Assembly (NCBI GenBank): GCA_963745035.1
Contig: CAVUVW010000015.1
Span: forward strand, 128,001 to 192,000
Source of the DNA: an uncultured delta proteobacterium
Lineage (GTDB): Bacteria > Desulfobacterota > Binatia > UBA9968
Direction: 5' to 3'
DNA: 64,000 bases
This document shows positions 62,001 to 64,000 of the stretch, piece by piece (position 1 is the first letter of the stretch; the number at the start of each line of letters is the position of its first letter). The notes beneath the pieces were generated by a model. The model made no database searches, was not told the origin of the DNA, and saw nothing but the letters and a program-made list of their open reading frames with translations. A program made the translations under genes and the position numbers.

Positions 62001-63427
62001 GCGTTGTGAAACAGCACCGGAAAAGCGACGCGCAGCGGCAGGTCCGAAGCGAGCAGATCGAAACCCAAAAACAAAACCCGCAGCCCGCCGCTTTCCAGGG
62101 CATAGAGCAGCGGCGAGGTCCCGGCGCGCGCCAGCACAGTCCCTTCGCCTTTGAGCGTCACCCGGGACGCTTCGCGAATCGTCAGATCGCCCAAGCTCAG
62201 GCCGGCCGTGAGCGGATGCTTGGCGGCCATCGCCACCCGCGGGTTGTGCATCGTGCCGGCGCGCTCGAGCGGCAGATTGGGCGCAATCGTATTGATCAGG
62301 ATAAAATTGCCGCGCGTCAGCGCGGGCGCGGCCACGCGATCGAAAATCACCACATCGAACGGACTTTGCACCTGGGCCGCTTCCCAGTCCGGCGCGCTCG
62401 CCACCTCGACGTCGGCAAACAATTGTAGCAGGCGAATCAGATAAGGATTGCCCGGGCCGACGTAGAGAACGCGCAGCGGCGCGCGGTCGGCAAGCACCAG
62501 ATAGGCGCGGTTGTCGGTCGCGAAGTCGTCGGCGACTTCCAAGCGCGCCACCAGCTTTCCCGCCAACGCGCCGTCATAGGGAACAATCAGCACGCGCCGC
62601 TCGTGCGCGCCGAGCGCGATCTCCTGGCGCGCCAGGTTCCGGTCGTCGAGCAGCAAGGACAGCGGCGCGCGCACCGCCTTGGCGGTAAAATTTTTGACGT
62701 GAACCATGATCTCGGCACCCGTCGACTCGGCATGCCGGCGCACTTCGAAGCCAACGATGCCGACGTTGTCCTGGCCGCCGCCCACCCGGACAAAGCGCAG
62801 CTGATCGCCGGCGTTGGCGAACTCCTCGGCGCCCGCGAAGGCGCCGTCACTCAACACCACGACGCGGTCAGGGCTGCCGCGCTTGAGAAATGCGTGGGCG
62901 AAAAGAATCGCGTCCTTCACCCGCCCCGGCGCGTCAGTCGCTTCCAGGCCGCGCGCCAGCTCGCGCAGCCGGCGCGGATCGGCAGTGAAAGGCATGAGCA
63001 GGCGCGGCTGCGCCCCCGCGCCGATGACCATCATCTTCTGTCCGCCGCCGAGCCCGTCGATCAGCGACAGCCACTCGCGCCGCGCCGCGTCGAAGCGCGC
63101 CACACCGCGCTCCTGCGCCTTCATGCTGGCGCTCAGGTCGATGACCACGACCAAGTCTCCGGCCGCGGCGCCGAAGGAGCGCAGCCACGGATCGGCGAGC
63201 GCGGCGATGAGCAGGAACGCCGCCAAGAGTTGCAGGATCAGCAGCAGATTTTTTCGCAAGAGCCAGCCGAGCCGGGTGCCAAGCGGACGCTCTTTCAAAA
63301 CCCGCTCCCAGATGAAAAATGTCGCCGTGCGAACTTGCAGACCGCGCGGCTTGAGGCTTTGCAGAAAGAGGATCAGCGGGACCGCTCCGGCGAGCAACAA
63401 CAGTGCGGTTGGAAAACGCCAGAGCAT
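59063..63427 (-). CDS. BatA-like + three vWA domains + GATase-like membrane protein
   Basis: N-terminal BatA-like TM segment; MIDAS motifs DLSAS, DLSRS, DKSGS; GGAQSYGAGGY..TPLERILPV; WRYGLGRVTAFTSD. Confidence 0.85.
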   Translation of the reverse strand: MLWRFPTALLLLAGAVPLILFLQSLKPRGLQVRTATFFIWERVLKERPLGTRLGWLLRKNLLLILQLLAAFLLIAALADPWLRSFGAAAGDLVVVIDLSASMKAQERGVARFDAARREWLSLIDGLGGGQKMMVIGAGAQPRLLMPFTADPRRLRELARGLEATDAPGRVKDAILFAHAFLKRGSPDRVVVLSDGAFAGAEEFANAGDQLRFVRVGGGQDNVGIVGFEVRRHAESTGAEIMVHVKNFTAKAVRAPLSLLLDDRNLARQEIALGAHERRVLIVPYDGALAGKLVARLEVADDFATDNRAYLVLADRAPLRVLYVGPGNPYLIRLLQLFADVEVASAPDWEAAQVQSPFDVVIFDRVAAPALTRGNFILINTIAPNLPLERAGTMHNPRVAMAAKHPLTAGLSLGDLTIREASRVTLKGEGTVLARAGTSPLLYALESGGLRVLFLGFDLLASDLPLRVAFPVLFHNALEWFQPRSREFPGAAVKAGAPVTLKLANSTPAVEISSPSGKRELLSAPKDSLVFADTFEAGFYHFTGGGRSAAGFAVNLLDEEESAIVPRAVLHGAADKQAASSGALDAVFALWPLLLGAVWLILGVELWLAFRQGLPLYPIAMRGAALAVLALAVINPRLLRSTSALDVILGVDLSRSVGQEGREKAQAVIESAARLQTAEARTGLLSFGRAPEWESLPRARLPALDFSARLDREETDVQAALQAALAQIGEGRQGKILLISDGNENRGETARVVPLLRAQDVQVWTLPVGLSRGRNEVYLSDLTAPRLVDSAEGFEVRAVVESLRETPARVRLLRDGVLHTERSVQLKAGSNPLAFRDSIRERGNHSYELLVEAADDTLAENNLLQGVVAVKGPPRVLLLSAEKESQRVISRVLQVQGYAVVEAAPQSHPLSLSELSAYDLLVLDNVPAFHLTHAKMENIEKYARDLGGGVLVIGGAQSYGAGGYFRTPLERILPVDMRPPARLEMPHVALLFVIDKSGSMGSGGEGSTKLDLAKAAAIAAADIMNPTDQVGILAFDAAWDWALPFRQVGKGEWISEKLASLQSDGGTDLYKAMVEAHRGIAAKQAAIKHVIALSDGLTDKADFQSLMQKMARDGITVSTVSVGSDADVQLMADIAKTGKGRGYVALDPQTIPQIFTTETLLIARDLLVEKTVTPAIVAPAGPLKGISPNNLPALRGYVLTYPKARAELLMRVDKDPLLVSWRYGLGRVTAFTSDLSGRWGKDWVSWTGFAQWTSQLARDAMRKILETRMRTDFHAEGETVKIVADLSSPDGQFLNHLNIKANITAPDHATQERPLQQSAPGRYEGKFMPAARGIHFISLYAEAAAGEAPVALATVPFVAPYPKEYRELKPNLPLLSRLTEETGGEMLDPEKLDEGLKRLYTPSPGKSRQGQETWWPLAGAALLLFLTDLVFRQWRGENAALGSERQLRADEGRQT

Positions 63428-63430
63428 AAC

Positions 63431-64000
63431 TCACGCCACGCTGCTCACCTGGCGCAGCGTCTGGAGCACGAACTCGTCGAACGGCACGGCGGTCGACGTG
63501 CGCAGGTAGTCGATGCGGCGGCCGGAGCACAGGGTTTCGATTTCCTTAAAGTAGCCGGCGAGCTCCAGGCGATAGCGGCGCGCCAGTTCGGCGTCGAGAA
63601 AAAGCTTGCGCTCGCGCCCGCCCTCGACGTCGACGAGCGCGATATCGCCGCGCGCCTCGGGCTCGGCTTCGCGCGCGTCGATGACGTGAATCACCAGGAT
63701 CTGGTAGCGTTTGACGGCGAGCTCTTCCAGCGCGGCGCGCCAGCCCGCCGGATCGAAGAGATCGCTCACGATCACGACGAAACCGGGCTGCGGAAACAGG
63801 TTGGTGAGCGAGTGGGCGGCGGCGCGCAGATTGGTTTCCCCGCTCGCGGACAAGCCTGCCAGAAAGCGGAACAAGCTGAGAATCTGTTTTCTGCCGCGCC
63901 CCAAAGTGAGCGGCGCGTGCAGCCGCATGGAGAACGCCGCGCCGCCGACCCGATCGAGATTCTTGAGGCCGATGTAGCCGAGCGCCGCCGCGACTTTCTT
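63431..64000 (-). CDS. DUF58 family protein (partial; MoxR-associated)
   Basis: AAALGYIGL...DRVG, GETNL, VVIVSDLFD, LVDVEGG; directly upstream of the vWA gene. Confidence 0.8.
   Translation of the reverse strand, partial: KKVAAALGYIGLKNLDRVGGAAFSMRLHAPLTLGRGRKQILSLFRFLAGLSASGETNLRAAAHSLTNLFPQPGFVVIVSDLFDPAGWRAALEELAVKRYQILVIHVIDAREAEPEARGDIALVDVEGGRERKLFLDAELARRYRLELAGYFKEIETLCSGRRIDYLRTSTAVPFDEFVLQTLRQVSSVA

Overview
GC-rich bacterial chromosome segment. The gene order (era-der, dprA-topA-trmFO, rpmE-prfA-prmC-murA-hisD, xerC-hslV) looks deltaproteobacterial, possibly Ca. Binatia; that assignment is an inference. Many genes carry single-base frameshifts, including core ones (topA, der, trmFO, xerC), which points to uncorrected long-read indels rather than real pseudogenes. 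Main accessory content: (1) a complete ~17.7 kb aryl-polyene (ape-type) type II PKS cluster at 4.7-22.4 kb, with an aromatic ammonia-lyase, a flavin-dependent halogenase-like enzyme and its own PPTase. It is visibly lower in GC than its flanks, and its right flank holds an internally deleted sxtJ-like/carbamoyltransferase/sxtK-like relic. (2) A small decayed islet (REC-GGDEF-EAL) at the 3' end of tRNA-Ala(GGC). (3) A phnDC...phnE transporter split by an antisense cNMP-patatin gene and an unannotated ~220-nt, strongly base-paired candidate ncRNA with its own sigma70-like promoter; this is the best candidate for something undescribed. (4) A DUF58 gene plus a 1454-aa triple-vWA fusion at the right edge. 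Short 7-9-nt tandem repeat arrays recur in intergenic spacers. No CRISPR array, integrase or transposase was seen.
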